A DNA stretch of 59,468 nucleotides, filler included, from Squatina squatina (GCA_031763465.1; 4 parts of 4 records of this genome joined end to end with filler, not necessarily neighbours in it), one strand, 5' to 3'; shown: positions 34,240 to 47,909, counted from the whole stretch's first letter. Numbers and translations: made by a program. Notes: generated by a model from the letters alone, not told the origin.

Positions 34240-35841
34240 NNNNNNNNNNNNNNNNNNNNNNNNNNNNNNNNNNNNNNNNNNNNNNNNNNNNNNNNNNNNN
34301 NNNNNNNNNNNNNNNNNNNNNNNNNNNNNNNNNNNNNNNNNNNNNNNNNNNNNNNNNNNNNNNNNNNNNNNNNNNNNNNNNNNNNNNNNNNNNNNNNNNN
34401 NNNNNNNNNNNNNNNNNNNNNNNNNNNNNNNNNNNNNNNNNNNNNNNNNNNNNNNNNNNNNNNNNNNNNNNNNNNNNNNNNNNNNNNNNNNNNNNNNNNN
34501 NNNNNNNNNNNNNNNNNNNNNNNNNNNNNNNNNNNNNNNNNNNNNNNNNNNNNNNNNNNNNNNNNNNNATATCTAACTTATAGCCCTGAAATATGAATCA
34601 GCAGCAGCAATTTCATTAACTTAATAGATAGGGGTTGAAATTCATTTTGTTGCTAAAGTGATTTTAAAAACCAACATACGTTTCTAAAAAAAACTGTTTA
34701 CCCACCTACACTTGGGCTATATTTGTAATCAGAAAGCAGCTTATTTAACTGAAAGTTTTATATCAGAGAAATCATCAGCAGTTTATTTTACTTAATCAAG
34801 TTGCAATGTTTCTATTTTGTGAAGTAGTGTAAAAATGAATTGTATCCAGGTTAACTTGATCCAAAACCCAAATGCCCAAAACTGAAGCCCTCAAAAGATA
34901 CTTGTTAGGATGAAATAGTTTTCCATAACAAATGATTGCTGCTATGTATCTATGAAATAATTAATCAGCAAAAATATTTCAATACAATCAATACCATTTG
35001 TGTGTAAATCTTGAGTTATGACAATTCCAGTTGTATACTAGTTTTTCCCCATGTCTTTATGGTAATATACAGTCAGCTTTCCGAAATGCAAGTATGATTA
35101 AACTGAACCTTCTTATCTGGGCTAAGTTATTGTGTATAATTGGGCTATATTTTAAAAATCACAGCATGTGATAATTTTGTTTTACTTCAAAAACTCCCAN
35201 NNNNNNNNNNNNNNNNNNNNNNNNNNNNNNNNNNAATGAGAAACTTTTAGGACAGCAAATTAGTTACAAATTTGCCTCAAGCTAGTATCAGTTTTGACCA
35301 ATGTTTATGCTAAATTGCCAATGACATTTTCCACATCATTAGATAAGCAATCAATTTGTTAGCTGGCAGAGGCTGGATTAGAATAACTCTCAAGAGAGTG
35401 CAACACACATTGATAAGGAGGGTAGAATCCTGAATAAAATTAGGTATGAAGCAGGTATTCCAGGAATTGTTCAAATGAAAACAATCACCGCCACAAACAG
35501 AATTACCCACCTCATTGGGGAAACATGGGGAGAAATTTGGCCTTTGGGACAAAGACCTTTTCTAAATATACCTATGAATCTCTATATTTTCTTTATATTT
35601 TGCAGTTAGCATCAATATTATCATTACAAATGAATGATTTCAAATCTGTAATTTTCAATATGATCAATTAGTGCTTTGAAAATAGTCTCAAATGAAATGC
35701 AGTATTATATTTATATCCTTGTATGCCAAAAAAAACATTGCAGTTTCAGTGTTAAATACATTTTACAATAATGCATATTAAATTCCATATTATTTTGGGA
35801 ATAGACAACCGGATATTAGCCCCTCTGTTTTAATTGCTCAC

Positions 35842-36016
35842 CTGTTCTCGCTGGGTGTATAGTTTTCGACTGTTGNNNNNNNNNNACTGTTGCGGAGGTC
35901 ATTTTCCAGTTGCATGATCTGCTGTCCCAGTTTGGTTGACTCCATTTGGTGTTTTTGCAACTCAGAGGCCACATCAAGTTGCAGGTTTTGGACCACCTTC
36001 TCCAAACGTGCAACAT
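35842..36016 (-). CDS. Exon of an unassigned coiled-coil protein
   Basis: In a different frame from the ORF-track entry: (D)VARLEKVVQNLQLDVASELQKHQMESTKLGQQIMQLENDLRNSRKLYTQREQ, after collapsing the 10-N gap whose flanks overlap (CAACAGT). Donor CAG|gtgagc; the acceptor is less certain. Confidence 0.75.
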
Positions 36017-36619
36017 CTTTAGGTAAGGTTTAAGTTCAAAATGTTACTGAATGTTATTAAAGAATTTGATGACACGTAATAATGAATCATTTGTGTACTA
36101 TGTACTACCTATTCACAAAACGGGCAGATGATAAAGAATGGGACCAAGGATAGATCAGATGGTTTAATAGAAAGAGATTGATTACTATAAGGACGCTGAT
36201 TATAAGATGGGAACAACTGAGACACTTTAAACAGTTTGAGGTTCTGTGTTCCAGCATAAGACATTCTAACTACTAGTAGAAAGGTAACAATATAACTGTC
36301 AAACTGTGACAGTTGCGCTCAATCTAGGAATGTTGATGTTTATTGCATATAAATGCCTTGTTTTTTTAAGCAGAGGATCATTGGAATTCAGTAATCTGGC
36401 TAAAATGAATGGACTTTGCTACCTGGACATATAATTTAGGATGCTTGTGCCCATCAGTAATTTTGGGAATGGAAAAATGTTGCACGTTTATACACGAAAA
36501 CACTACCTAGCTATTCATATTTGCCTATTTGATGTTTAAATGCCAAATAATAAACATCTGTGACTTGAAGTTGTACAATATGTTTGTGAATGGCCTCTGG
36601 GATGGGGAAAAGGATTGCA

Positions 36620-36921
36620 AGGGTATGGTAGCGTATTGGTTATATTACTGGACTAGTAATCCGGAGACATCGATTAATAATCCAGAGACAAGAGTTCAAA
36701 TCCCATCATTGCAGCAGGGGAATTTAAATTCAGTTAATTAAATAAATCTGGAATTAAAAGAAAAGGTAGCATCAGTCATAGTGACTATGAAACTACTGTT
36801 CGCAGTAAAAAAAACCCAACTGGTTCACTAATGTCCCTTAGGGAAATAAATCTGCTGTCCTTACCCAGTCTGGCCTATATGTGACTCCAGGCCCAAAGCA
36901 ATGTGGTTGACTCTTAACTGC
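36620..36921 (+). mobile_element. tRNA-derived SINE
   Basis: A-box-like TGGTAGCGTATTGG and B-box GAGTTCAAATCC, followed by a body I recognise as a common shark repeat (ctggttcactaatgtccctta...gtggttgactcttaactgc). Confidence 0.7.
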
Positions 36922-39900
36922 NNNNNNNNNNNNNNNNNNNNNNNNNNNNNNNNNNNNNNNNNNNNNNNNNNNNNNNNNNNNNNNNNNNNNNNNNNNNNNN
37001 NNNNNNNNNNNNNNNNNNNNNCCAGTACATGTTCCTAGGCATGTACTCCATACATGATTTCCAGTATACTTATTTTTAATTTAAGAAACCCAGATGATGA
37101 AAAAGAATAATTTGTGAAGTCTGGTGATAATCAAAAATACAATTTTAAATTAATGATGTATTGATATATAACTTTTTACAGAAATGTGAACCAGACTTGA
37201 GAAAGCTTTCATGGTTGCCCATTTTCAAAAACACCCCATTATCTGATAAAGAAAGAAAAGTTATGAAATTTGGGTTAAGTTTAGATTTAAGTTATGAGGT
37301 AAAAAAATTAGTGTTCATAGGCAGGCATTGGCATATCAATCTCTGCCCTCCCTAGAAATTCCATGGAAGCAGGATAATTAAAATATACATAAAGACCTAT
37401 TAATCTTTTGAANNNNNNNNNNCTTTTGAAAACATACAAAGAGTGAAAATACAAATCGTATTCCCTTAATTAAAACAATGACGTGAGTGATAATCTGTAC
37501 ATAGAAAAAACTGTCAAGAACCAGAAGCTGCAATTTGAAGGAATGGACTGTTGTGTTTGTCTTTTGATCTGTTCCTTCGGTCTCCCTATTGACTGCTGAT
37601 AATTGGCAGGATAAATTTTGCTAAAATAAATACGGCTCAATAAAATCTTATCACACAGTATAAGTCCAATAGGGATATAGAGCTGTGGCGTTTGGGCTTA
37701 TGAATGTCAAATAGTTGTGGTGGAGGCTGTGGTTGGTGCGTGCAATGTTCAATCATTATTACAAACCCACAGGGAGCAACAAAGGAGATTTTATCAAGGG
37801 TTCACCTTATCATGGTTTGAACTCTTATAACTACAATCACATTTCAGGCAGGATCAGGGAAAAAGTCTGGTATTACAAACAATTTGCAACACAAGGCAGA
37901 GTTGTATCTGGAAATATTTTGGAGCAAAACAGTTGATAAAAGATATTTAAAAAGCACGAAANNNNNCCCACATCCCAGGGACAAATACAAAAAAACACTT
38001 AATAGGGTCATAGTAATCTTCTATTTTGTTATCCAAATTATCTTCTGTATGGAATTAGCTTATTCATGAATGCTTTATATAAATACATATTTTCAAGAAA
38101 TAATGGGCTAAAATTTTAAATCCCAGCCGTCTGTTTTGCACTTAAACAATGGGCAGCCAGTCATTTAAAGTCGGGGTGGGGGGGGCGGTTGGAAAATTCA
38201 ATTGCCATTGTTGTCCAGGACTCACCTGATGTCATATTCAGGTGGGTCTGTAAATGGACAAGCAGCCTGGCTGCAACAGGAGTAAGGTTGCTTTTCCATG
38301 TCTGTTTTTAGACCACGATGCAAAGTACAGATACAAATGGGCAGAGCTCACCTTATATCCCCTCTGCTTCGGTGCCCCCTTCTAAGACTCACTCGTGGGC
38401 CGGCTCAATATCAGAGCTGGCGAGCACTCATCTGTCCTCGGTCAACAAGTTGCACTGTGACGCTCGTTTGGCACCTGCAGCTCGCCACTTCTATTGAACT
38501 GAGCCCGATGCAGAATCTTCCTTGGCCATCAGGTGGGCATGGATTGGCGCCTGGAGCAATCTTTCTGCTGACTTGCAGCCCGCTTTAGGCGTAAATCGGA
38601 TTTCTTCCCCTTGGCTTCCTTCACTGTACTACTTCAATTAAGTTCAATTATGCAGTTTTTTTTTTAGTTTTGTGTAGATATCACCAAACTATCAAGCAAT
38701 TAATTATTTAAGGAACAAAATGATTTTTGCTTCTTGTTATGTTTATTCAAATAGGTAACTATCAAAAAATACTCTCACTTTATTTTATTATTTGTCACAA
38801 ATTGGGTAAAGGGGATAACAGAATATAAGCTAAGATTAAGCTAATGCTTAAATGAAAAATGACTGGCCGGCTCATTATTAGACACATGAAGTATTAGACT
38901 GATTTCAGGCTGCTGTAAACTAGCCAACCTGAGGTTTAGTTTCTTCCTACATAGATCTACTTGCTTTCTGAATGGTAAAGCCATTGGGTTGATTAAATGA
39001 ATCAGTAGACAGGCACAGACTTTACCAGTGCATGCAGTAAACCAAACCATGCTGTATCCAAGTAATCTAAAGCTGTAAATCAAAACTAAGCAAGGTCAAA
39101 AAATCAATCTTTTTGTGTTACCTCCAGGGCAAACACGATTTATAAATGCACCATTCAGATAACCTCCAATATAATGTTAACAAGGTTTTAATGTCACACC
39201 TGTCTTAAAATTCAGACATTTTCTTTCAAAAACATGCAAACTAATTGTATTGTGAAAACAAGAAAAATCAAGCCCGTGGCGAAACATGGTGTCCCCATAG
39301 CTATATAACTATCCCTATTTCTGCAACGGAACCACTTCCAATACTGCACATTAAATAAAAGTGTGTGCGCATTATGCTCATAGTGTTCAGAGGACACAGT
39401 ACAATCTGAAGATTATTTCATTAACGAGGGAAAGCCTATGTACACCACAGCTCCACAATAAGGGAGTTCTTCCTTATGAATGAGATAAAATATAGGTTTC
39501 ATTTCAGGACATTCAAAGTATGTACTACAGAACAGAGATGGCAGTCAGTATGGGCTNNNNNNNNNNNNNNNNNNNNNNNNNNNNNNNNNNNNNNNNNNNN
39601 NNNNNNNNNNNNNNNNNNNNNNNNNNNNNNNNNNNNNNNNNNNNNNNNNNNNNNNNTTTGTCTATTATACAGGGCTCAAAATACTCCTCGACCTTCACTG
39701 CACACATAACTGAAAGCTTATTAACAGAGAGTGGGTTTTAATTTGCAACTACTCAAACATTATTAATTGGTTTCAGGCAGGTGTTGTGGATTGTGCACCA
39801 TACCAGCAATCTGATGACTGTACCATGTCACTGCAATGTAATGATTCTGTGGAACAAACTGCACCCGTACAAGTGCTGGATACCAGTAGGACTCCATCGT

Positions 39901-40787
39901 TTGTCTCCTATCCTGGTTGAGAGGATAACCTGCGTGGATCCGCATTTACAATTTAGGCAGAGGGGTGAATGGAAAGTATCACCACCCTAATATCCCACAA
40001 AAAACTGATCACAACAGGAAAGTAATCAATAAGAAGGACAGAAACAGAAATCACCAGAAAGAAAATGCTTTCATACTCCTTACACCTGAAATTAGAACTG
40101 TATTATAAAATGCTGGCCCTGCTCTTGCAGTGTTGGATTCATGGAATAAATTAAATTTTATGTAAGCTGATTTTGATACGCTGGTTGATTTTTCTACAAT
40201 TTCTTCTCGGTGTAACAACTTGCTGTTATGCTGGAAATGGAACACAATTGACAAGTGAAGGATATTGATTGTCACCTCAGGCTTCCTGGGACTAATTACA
40301 GCTTACCCTGCTGGGAAGAATACTCTTTGGTGATTGATATTTTGGGGAACACAATGGGAGAATCAGGACTTCTCCTCAGTTGCTATTTCACTCCCCTGCC
40401 ACTTGTCCCAAAGGTTACCTACAATTGCGAATCAGATTGCAAAGTTACGATTGGTCAGTGGGATTAGTTATGGAGTTGTGTATTCGTAAATAGCTATAGT
40501 CCTATCATTAGGGTTTAGAAGCAAGTATATCTAACTGATTGATACCATCCTGTTGTGCTATGCCTGGTTTATCCTCCTGTGTATTAATCCTGTGGTTATA
40601 ATACAGACCTTTAGATATATAACAATATATATGTCCTGCTACTGTGATCAAATGGCTTTTTAAATTCTATAAGCCTCTCCATAAAAAGTGACTTTCAGAA
40701 AAAAGTAAAAGAAGTAAGGGCGAAGTTTCTGATCTCAGCCGTCTCAACTATTAAAATCTACAGCTAAATAAATAAGTTCATGCTCAC

Positions 40788-41018
40788 CTCATTGTGGTGA
40801 ACTGTGGCCTGCTCCCGAAGGCTGCGAATGATCTGCTCACACTGGGTAACATGCTCTCTGTTTGCAGACAGGCCTTCTTGTGTAACCTGCAGCTGTTGGG
40901 TCAGCTGATCAATACTGTCCTCGCAGCTTTCCACTTGTCTGCACTTGGTTTCATACTGGTGCTGCACAGTAAGCATCTCATTCTGCACCTTGTGGAGAGT
41001 CTCGTCCTGACTGCAAAG
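40788..41018 (-). CDS. Exon (231 nt, phase 0/0) of an unassigned coiled-coil protein
   Basis: ttaattag|LCSQDETLHKVQNEMLTVQHQYETKCRQVESCEDSIDQLTQQLQVTQEGLSANREHVTQCEQIIRSLREQATVHHNE|gtgagc. Confidence 0.85.
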
Positions 41019-41521
41019 CTAATTAAATGCACAGGAAAAAGCGTTTTAGAAATCACCTTCCTCTTCTCAATTGAAAATGTTAAATTTAACTCACTTTAGT
41101 GGCCCAATAACTGAACATGGGCATGCCTCTTTGGGATATCCGACTTGATATTCCACTATTGTGGTAATGAGATCAGTGATTTTACATATTGTATAGCCAG
41201 CTTAAATGTGTTATCAAGGTCATAAATAGAACATGAATTAGGAGGGGAGGAACCAACATTTTCCCTCATTTATTATAAAATTAAAAGATATGTATTACAA
41301 GCAGGTGAGGACTGGGATATCAGAAAATATATTAATACATATGATATATATTCTGTATTAATCTTTGAGCAGCCCCATGGGTGTTCAATCAATACATTAT
41401 ACACAATTGCANNNNNNNNNNNNNNNNNNNNNNNNNNNNNNNNNNNNNNNNNNNNNNNNNNNNNNNNNNNNNNNNNNNNNNNNNNNNNNNNNNNNNNNNN
41501 NNNNNNNNNNNATATCCTTAC

Positions 41522-41764
41522 TTCACTGACCACCTCTTGGTGTTGCTGATGTGCACGCTGCAGGTCGGAATTGAGCCTGTCAACTGTGGACTTGTACTGC
41601 TGCAGTTTGTTCAACTTTTCCTGTAATTCCTTTGTAGATGAATCGAGTTCTTTCCGGAGTCGAGCAGTTTCATGACTAAAATGGTCTATGTCAGATTCAT
41701 GTGCCCGTTTGAAAACTTCCAGTTCCTTCTGAAGCTGATCCATGGATTTCTCCTGACTTTGATT
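41522..41764 (-). CDS. Exon (243 nt, phase 0/0) of an unassigned coiled-coil protein
   Basis: ttctgtcctcag|NQSQEKSMDQLQKELEVFKRAHESDIDHFSHETARLRKELDSSTKELQEKLNKLQQYKSTVDRLNSDLQRAHQQHQEVVSE|gtaagg; heptad pattern; splices in frame to 40788-41018. Confidence 0.85.
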
Positions 41765-42159
41765 CTGAGGACAGAATTGGACACGTTTAAACTGGATTTT
41801 ATCTCAATGATGATACTGTACTTTATTGACCAGTTAGTTACATAGCTTCTGCAGTTGTGAAGAAGCTTTTTCAATTAGTCCTGTAACAGTTTTGGACATA
41901 TTCTTGGTCTAAAAATACTTCAGGTGTAACCACAGTATATTTTTTTTAGCAGCTAATTTTTCTTAGCACGCTGAAAGGGTCACAAATAAAATGTACATAA
42001 TCAGTGATTCCAACTCACAAAGCAGCACATAATTTTTGGCAGCCTTGGCTCAGTAGGTNNNNNNNNNNNNNNNNNNNNNNNNNNNNNNNNNNNNNNNNNN
42101 NNNNNNNNNNNNNNNNNNNNNNNNNNNNNNNNNNNNNNNNNNNNNNNNNNNNNNNNNNT

Positions 42160-42386
42160 AATGACCAGATAATCTGTTTAATGATGTTGATTGAGGGATA
42201 AATGTTAGTCAGGACAGCAGGTAGAACTCCCCTGCTCTTCTTTGAATAGTGTCATGGGATAATTTACATCAACCTGAAAGGGCAGACAGGGCCTCGATTT
42301 AATGTCTCATCCTTCAGTACTGCACTGTGAGCGGCAGACTTGGATTGCAAGCTCAGTCCCTGGAGTGAGTCCCTTGAACCCACAAC
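42160..42386 (-). mobile_element. DeuSINE (SacSINE1-like), 5' part and Deu domain
   Basis: Reverse complement contains gttgtgggttcaag and gaagagcaggggagttct...atttatccctcaatcaacatca...cagattatctggtcatt. Confidence 0.75.
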
Positions 42387-42388
42387 TA

Positions 42389-42570
42389 TTGGCACTATTC
42401 AAAGAAGAGCAGGGGAGTTATCCCCGGTGCCCTGGCTCATAATTTGGCTACAACGTTTCCCACATTACAACAGTGACTACACTCCAAAAATACTTAATTG
42501 GCTATAAAGTGCTTTGGGACGTCCTGAGGGAGGTCATGAAAGGCGCTATACAAATGCAAGTCTTTCTTTC
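42389..42570 (+). mobile_element. DeuSINE (SacSINE1-like), Deu domain fragment and 3' tail
   Basis: ggcactattcaaagaagagcaggggagttatccccggtg...aaaggcgctatacaaatgcaagtctttctttc. Confidence 0.75.
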
Positions 42571-44116
42571 TTGTAGATAATATTCGTCATTAAAAGTCTA
42601 GAAGGAAATATGGGTGGCCAAAATAAGTTGAGAAATGCCATACATTTGTGCATTTTCTCAATTTAAACTGGTAAATTTTTTTTAGAGCTGTATATATGAC
42701 TTCCTATTTAATGCATGTTCACTTAGCAAAGTGTGACTATTTTCTTCAGCACAGAAAACATACTATCTTATTTGCTTAATAAAAATTAAAAGCAAGCTCT
42801 AAGGTGTGATGAATCATAAAAGAATGTAACATATTACAGTTCAACATGCAAGTATAATGAGAATAAAGAAACAGCCTAAAGCTATTTAACGTGGAAAGTT
42901 TTTTCTCTTCCATACAATTTGTAACATTCATCAAATAATTGAAGTCAGAAGAATGTATTTACATCGACATTTTAAAGTTGAATGTCCTAACTTTATTTAT
43001 AGTTGACATTGCTCTTTATCAGCTACTTTTCATTATCTGTGTTTGAGTAACTGATCTCTCTCCCATAGGATACACAGCTTTTTCTCAGTTTAATTTTCAT
43101 CTGGTCTATACATCCTGTCACAACTGGTTTATCCAACCTTTGTTCATGCAAAACCTCTGTCAATTAACTCAAACACATTTTATGCATACTGCTTATGCCA
43201 TTATCCGAGTCTGTATTGTTAATCCACTTGAACTACATATCTGGCAAAATATGCCAAATGGTGAACTATTTGAGAAATCACATCTTTCATGTGATAACAC
43301 AAAGTATTTACATACGGTCATGATGATATAGAAAACTATAAAATAGTGCAAAATTAGGGCATATTTAATATTGATGGTGCATTTCCCTTCATCCTTGTTA
43401 TGTTTGATGTTATAATATGTTGAATATTATCATTAATATTTTACAAAGCAATGCTGTGACTTTTCAAAAGATGAAAAGGGAGGTGTCTGGATAAGATACA
43501 CTTATTTTAAAAAAAGACATATTGATTATGTAGACTAGAAGACATTGTGAACTGCAACAACAATACAAAATCAGGAACAAAAACAAACGCTTGGAAATCT
43601 GCAAAGATAAAGAAAATTAAGCAAGTATTAGTCAACAAAATCCACTAAATCTGAGATTTTGCATACTTGTCAAATCGCNNNNNNNNNNNNNNNNNNNNNN
43701 NNNNNNNNNNNNNNNNNNNNNNNNNNNNNNNNNNNNNNNNNNNNNNNNNNNNNNNNNNNNNNNNNNNNNNNNNNNNNNNNNNNNNNNNNNNNNNNNNNNN
43801 NNNNNNNNNNNNNNNNNNNNNNNNNNNNNNNNNNNNNNNNNNNNNNNNNNNNNNNNNNNNNNNNNNNNNNNNNNNNNNNNNNNNNNNNNNNNNNNNNNNN
43901 NNNNNNNNNNNNNNNNNNNNNNNNNNNNNNNNNNNNNNNNNNNNNNNNNNNNNNNNNNNNNNNNNNNNNNNNNNNNNNNNNNNNNNNNNNNNNNNNNNNN
44001 NNNNNNNNNNNNNNNNNNNNNNNNNNNNNNNNNNNNNNNNNNNNNNNNNNNNNNNNNNNNNNNNNNNNNNNNNNNNNNNNNNNNNNNNNNNNNNNNNNNN
44101 NNNNNNNNNNNNNNNN

Positions 44117-44205
44117 CTACATAATTGCAGTAAGACTTCCTTACTCTTATACTCCAACCCCCTTGCAATAAAGGCGAACATGTCATTTGTCTTCCTAATT
44201 GCCTG
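44117..44205 (-). mobile_element. CR1 LINE ORF2 fragment
   Basis: QAIRKTNDMFAFIARGLEYKSKEVLLQL. Confidence 0.8.
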
Positions 44206-45037
44206 TAGTTTGAAGATGACGAAGAGAAGCAGAAAGAAATCATTAAAAATTAATGTCATGCCGGTTGCTTCAATACGAGACAAAAGTTCATGTAAATCAT
44301 TTTGAAATATCACGTAATTTTCACTGTATAAGAATGACAGAAATGAATACACTTTATTACAATTTTAATTGTCATAATTTTAAAAGATAAAAGGTCAGAT
44401 GAAGAAGATAGTAACTACTGGTGTTTCTAGTTTGTAATATTGAAAATTAACTCTTTTAGTGCTAAATTTCTTCTTTTCTTTCCAACACATAATTATGTTT
44501 TTCACCTCCAGATATGCAGAGAATTTAAGATACAAAGGCATGAAATAGTAGCAGGTATACTTGGGGCTAATCAGCTACACCACAATTGCCATATCCAGTA
44601 CCGTACATTGCTATCTTCTTAATACCAACAATGCAAGTGTCATAGGAATATATCCACTGGACTTAGAGGTTCCGATTTCTACACTACAGATTTCAAGGGA
44701 AATCGCAAGACATTTGCCAACATGTACTAAGTAAGAAATATACCAATTTTATGCTGATAGCTATTTATAGCACTGATTGAAAAACAAATTGCTGAGATGA
44801 CTCTGAAGTTAGGGAATGCCTTTTTGAAAATGCATTACTTGTTAATGAGCTATTGACGATAATTAGTAAAGAATGTAATAATTGACTGATTTTATTAATC
44901 AGCTGTGTTTCTACCAACCCAGGATTGTTGGTGGCCTTGTTTGCATTCATGTTTCAACTTGCTTTCGCTATTCCAGACCAGCTATTGTTGACTGCTCCCC
45001 TGCTCAACTCTGAATACACGTTTTGGGTACTCAAGAC

Positions 45038-45130
45038 AGCAGTGACTACACTTCAAAAGTATTTCATTGGTTGCAAAGTGCTTTAGGACATCCCAAAAAG
45101 GTGAAAAATTGCCACATAAATACAAGTGTT
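45038..45130 (+). mobile_element. DeuSINE-type 3' tail, followed by a (TTCCC)n microsatellite to ~45186
   Basis: cagtgactacacttcaaaagtatttcattggttgcaaagtgctttaggacatcc. Confidence 0.65.
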
Positions 45131-47223
45131 TCAGTTTGACTCTCCCCTTCCCTTCCCTTCCCTTTTCTTCTCGTTCCTTCCCTTCCATGGGAAGTCTCTG
45201 GACCGGATGGAACTGNNNNNNNNNNNNNNNNNNNNNNNNNNNNNNNNNNNNNNNNNNNNNNNNNNNNNNNNNNNNNNNNNNNNNNNNNNNNNNNNNNNNN
45301 NNNNNNNNNNNNNNNTCCGGTGATGCTACTAGCTCACTGTCAGGAACAAGTATCACACACATGGTGGTATATATAGTTCTCGCTCCCTGAAATCTACACT
45401 GGGGAAAATCTACCCCACTGTTTAGGCTGATACATGAAGAAACGCAAAGATACTAGAGGACTGCTGGCTCCCTTGGAACCATAACCCTACAGAAAGAGGA
45501 AAGGAGAAATGAACAAAACTGGCTGAAGAAAAGTCTGAGGAAGTACTTAATACGAACAGTCTTTTAGTCTTTTGTTCAAGCAATAGTCAGCCACTGTAGT
45601 GCATACTTCTGCTGACATACTGTTTCTTGCAAACACTGCTATGTTTTTAAAAATTAACACAGCTATTATTAAATTTAAACAAGGCAGAACAGAATGATGA
45701 AATAAGAAACTGACATTTATTGAGGTAGACTGAAAAACGGGCCTAAAATTCACAGCATTTATCACCTTTAATATGGAAGGTCAAACATGGAAATAATAGG
45801 GCACTGTTTAATCAAAAACCTTCTTTCTCTAGATGTTTATAGCACACTGAGTAACTGTTCTAGTCTGATCAAAAAATAATTATAAACAAGTCACATACAT
45901 GTTTTTTTTGAAACAGACCCTTGGGCTATAATGAGCTTCTCAAATGTAGTTCAGTTATGAATAAATGAATGAATGAATGAATAATTGAATAAAAAATAAA
46001 TAAATAAAGTCACAAATGTACAATACACAAGCAAAAAGCTTTTATAATATGCCGCTTCGAGAACCTGTCATTCCACTAAAAAAATGCATACATAAGAATT
46101 TTCAAGCAAATCTGCAGGGTGAGGACAATATTTTTAATTTATCTGCACCGCTTAGAAAAGTGAAGGTTACTTTATGAGATATCTTCTTAGGTTAAGAGAT
46201 GCACTGTAATTTTGGAAACATCGGATTCTACCATAGTTTTTAAACCTTTGTTACTGGTAGCAAATCTGATCCAGGTGAAGTGGCAAAGTGCATTTGAGTT
46301 AGATAGCTTAGTGAGGACCAAGGGGCATAAGTTTAAGAGACCTAAGCATAGATGTCAGGAGGTATTTCTTTTTACAGAGATTCATTGACCTATGCAACAC
46401 CTTGCCTGCATGTGTGGTGAATGAGGATTTGCTGCAAGCATTCAAAAGGAGATGAAATAAAGACTTTCACCAGCACCGGAAGTCTCAAAGCATTTGCAGC
46501 TAATGAAGTACTTTTGGAGTGTAGTCCACTGGGTGAGTTCCTGATTGTACCCAATAAAACTACATAGAGAGGAGGTGGTTCTTGGAGGTTGCATCTCTCA
46601 CTCACCGTGGTCCACTGCGACTTGTTTGATCAGGGTCAAGAGTTTTTTCCTAAATTGGCCTAAGGTTTTTTCTCTGCATTTTTGTTTCTTCAGTAGATTC
46701 TATGGCTAATGGGTGTGATGATGTATAGAAGTTACACCATGGCACTATAGGGCAGGCTTCTTTGTATTGCACATTTTTTTGGAGATGTCAATTTTTGGGG
46801 GGCAGTGACAGTTTCTTTGAAACTTTTCCGATGTAGTTCAGCATGTATAAAAGCATTTGTTTCATATTATGATGAGACTTCTTACTTAAGGTATTTTTCT
46901 GCTTCCTGTCTAGCTGCTTTCTATTGATCGCACTGAAACTTCTCCAGCAAAGAGGAACGGAGCATCAGAGGAATAGTCACAATGATCTTTTTCATCTTCT
47001 AGCAGCTAATCATCACGATACGGTAGTGAAGAACTGGGAGCAATCGGCTCCCGGTCCTTTAATCATGGCTCTCTGCGAGCAGCTGCTAGATGAACAAGGC
47101 CTTTGTAACACTCTGTCTGATTTTTCTTTCCTCTTTGTGGGGAAACTAGCTTCTGGACACAACTGAGAGAAATAGCTTCAACCTTGAAATTCCAGGAACC
47201 CTGCTCCACTGCTGGAAGTGCAG

Positions 47224-47323
47224 NNNNNNNNNNNNNNNNNNNNNNNNNNNNNNNNNNNNNNNNNNNNTTAATTAATTAANNNNNNNNNNNNNNNNNNNNN
47301 NNNNNNNNNNNNNNNNNNNNNNN
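47224..47323. other. Artificial scaffold linker N44-TTAATTAATTAA-N44
   Basis: Identical to the other two linkers. Confidence 0.97.
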
Positions 47324-47397
47324 AAACGTTGACTCTGTTTTTCTCTCCACAGATGCTGCCTGACCTGCTGAGTTTTTCCAGCATTTTTTGTTTGTAG
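47324..47397 (+). mobile_element. Penelope-like element terminal repeat fragment
   Basis: aaacgttgactctgtttttctctccacagatgctgcctgacctgctgagtttttccagc, homologous to the reverse complement of 29510-29570. Confidence 0.6.
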
Positions 47398-47909
47398 TCT
47401 GGTGAAGTAACATTGGCGGGGCGGCAAAGGACAATCCCAACCATTGCTGCAACCTCGACAGCTAAGGTGGTTGCTTTAAGACTTTAGGTAATAACTACAA
47501 GAGAAATTAAAATAAATTGCTTTTAGGCATACAGTTGGGGGAATCTGGTTCTATGATGTTAGCAGATAAATACTGATACATTCCTGAAAGTTTCTACTCA
47601 CAACTTCTTTTTAATCTGTTTAATACAAACAGTTTACGGCTGTGTAAAGGTAACACGAGCAGGAATGTAGTACGGCTGCGTTGCACTTGCATGAACTTCA
47701 CCACTCGGAAGTGCTACCCTTAAATGAAAATTGTCTGCATCAAAAAGCTATTGGTTTTACAAGGTCAGTGTTACAATTTCCTGTGAACCAAAGATGTAAA
47801 CAGTCTTTGGAGACACCGATAATGAGAAGACACAGAGCTAACTTCAGAAACGAGTATCCACAGAGAATTATTATTATGAGTACACAATCGGGTGACCAGT
47901 TACACATAC

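Noticed and set aside
40307-40382. 76-nt segment (ag|QLRRSPDSPIVFPKISITKEYSSQQ G|gtaagc) that would fix the phase between two coiled-coil exons
   Set aside because: Purine-rich acceptor with no pyrimidine tract, and a Pro-containing peptide unlike the flanking coiled coil. Probably chance.
46914-47223. + strand exon-like segment (ctgtctag|LLSIDRTETSPAKRNGASEE*) or the 80-aa ORF 46924-47166
   Set aside because: No recognisable homology, no partner exons on that strand, and it lies at a scaffold end.
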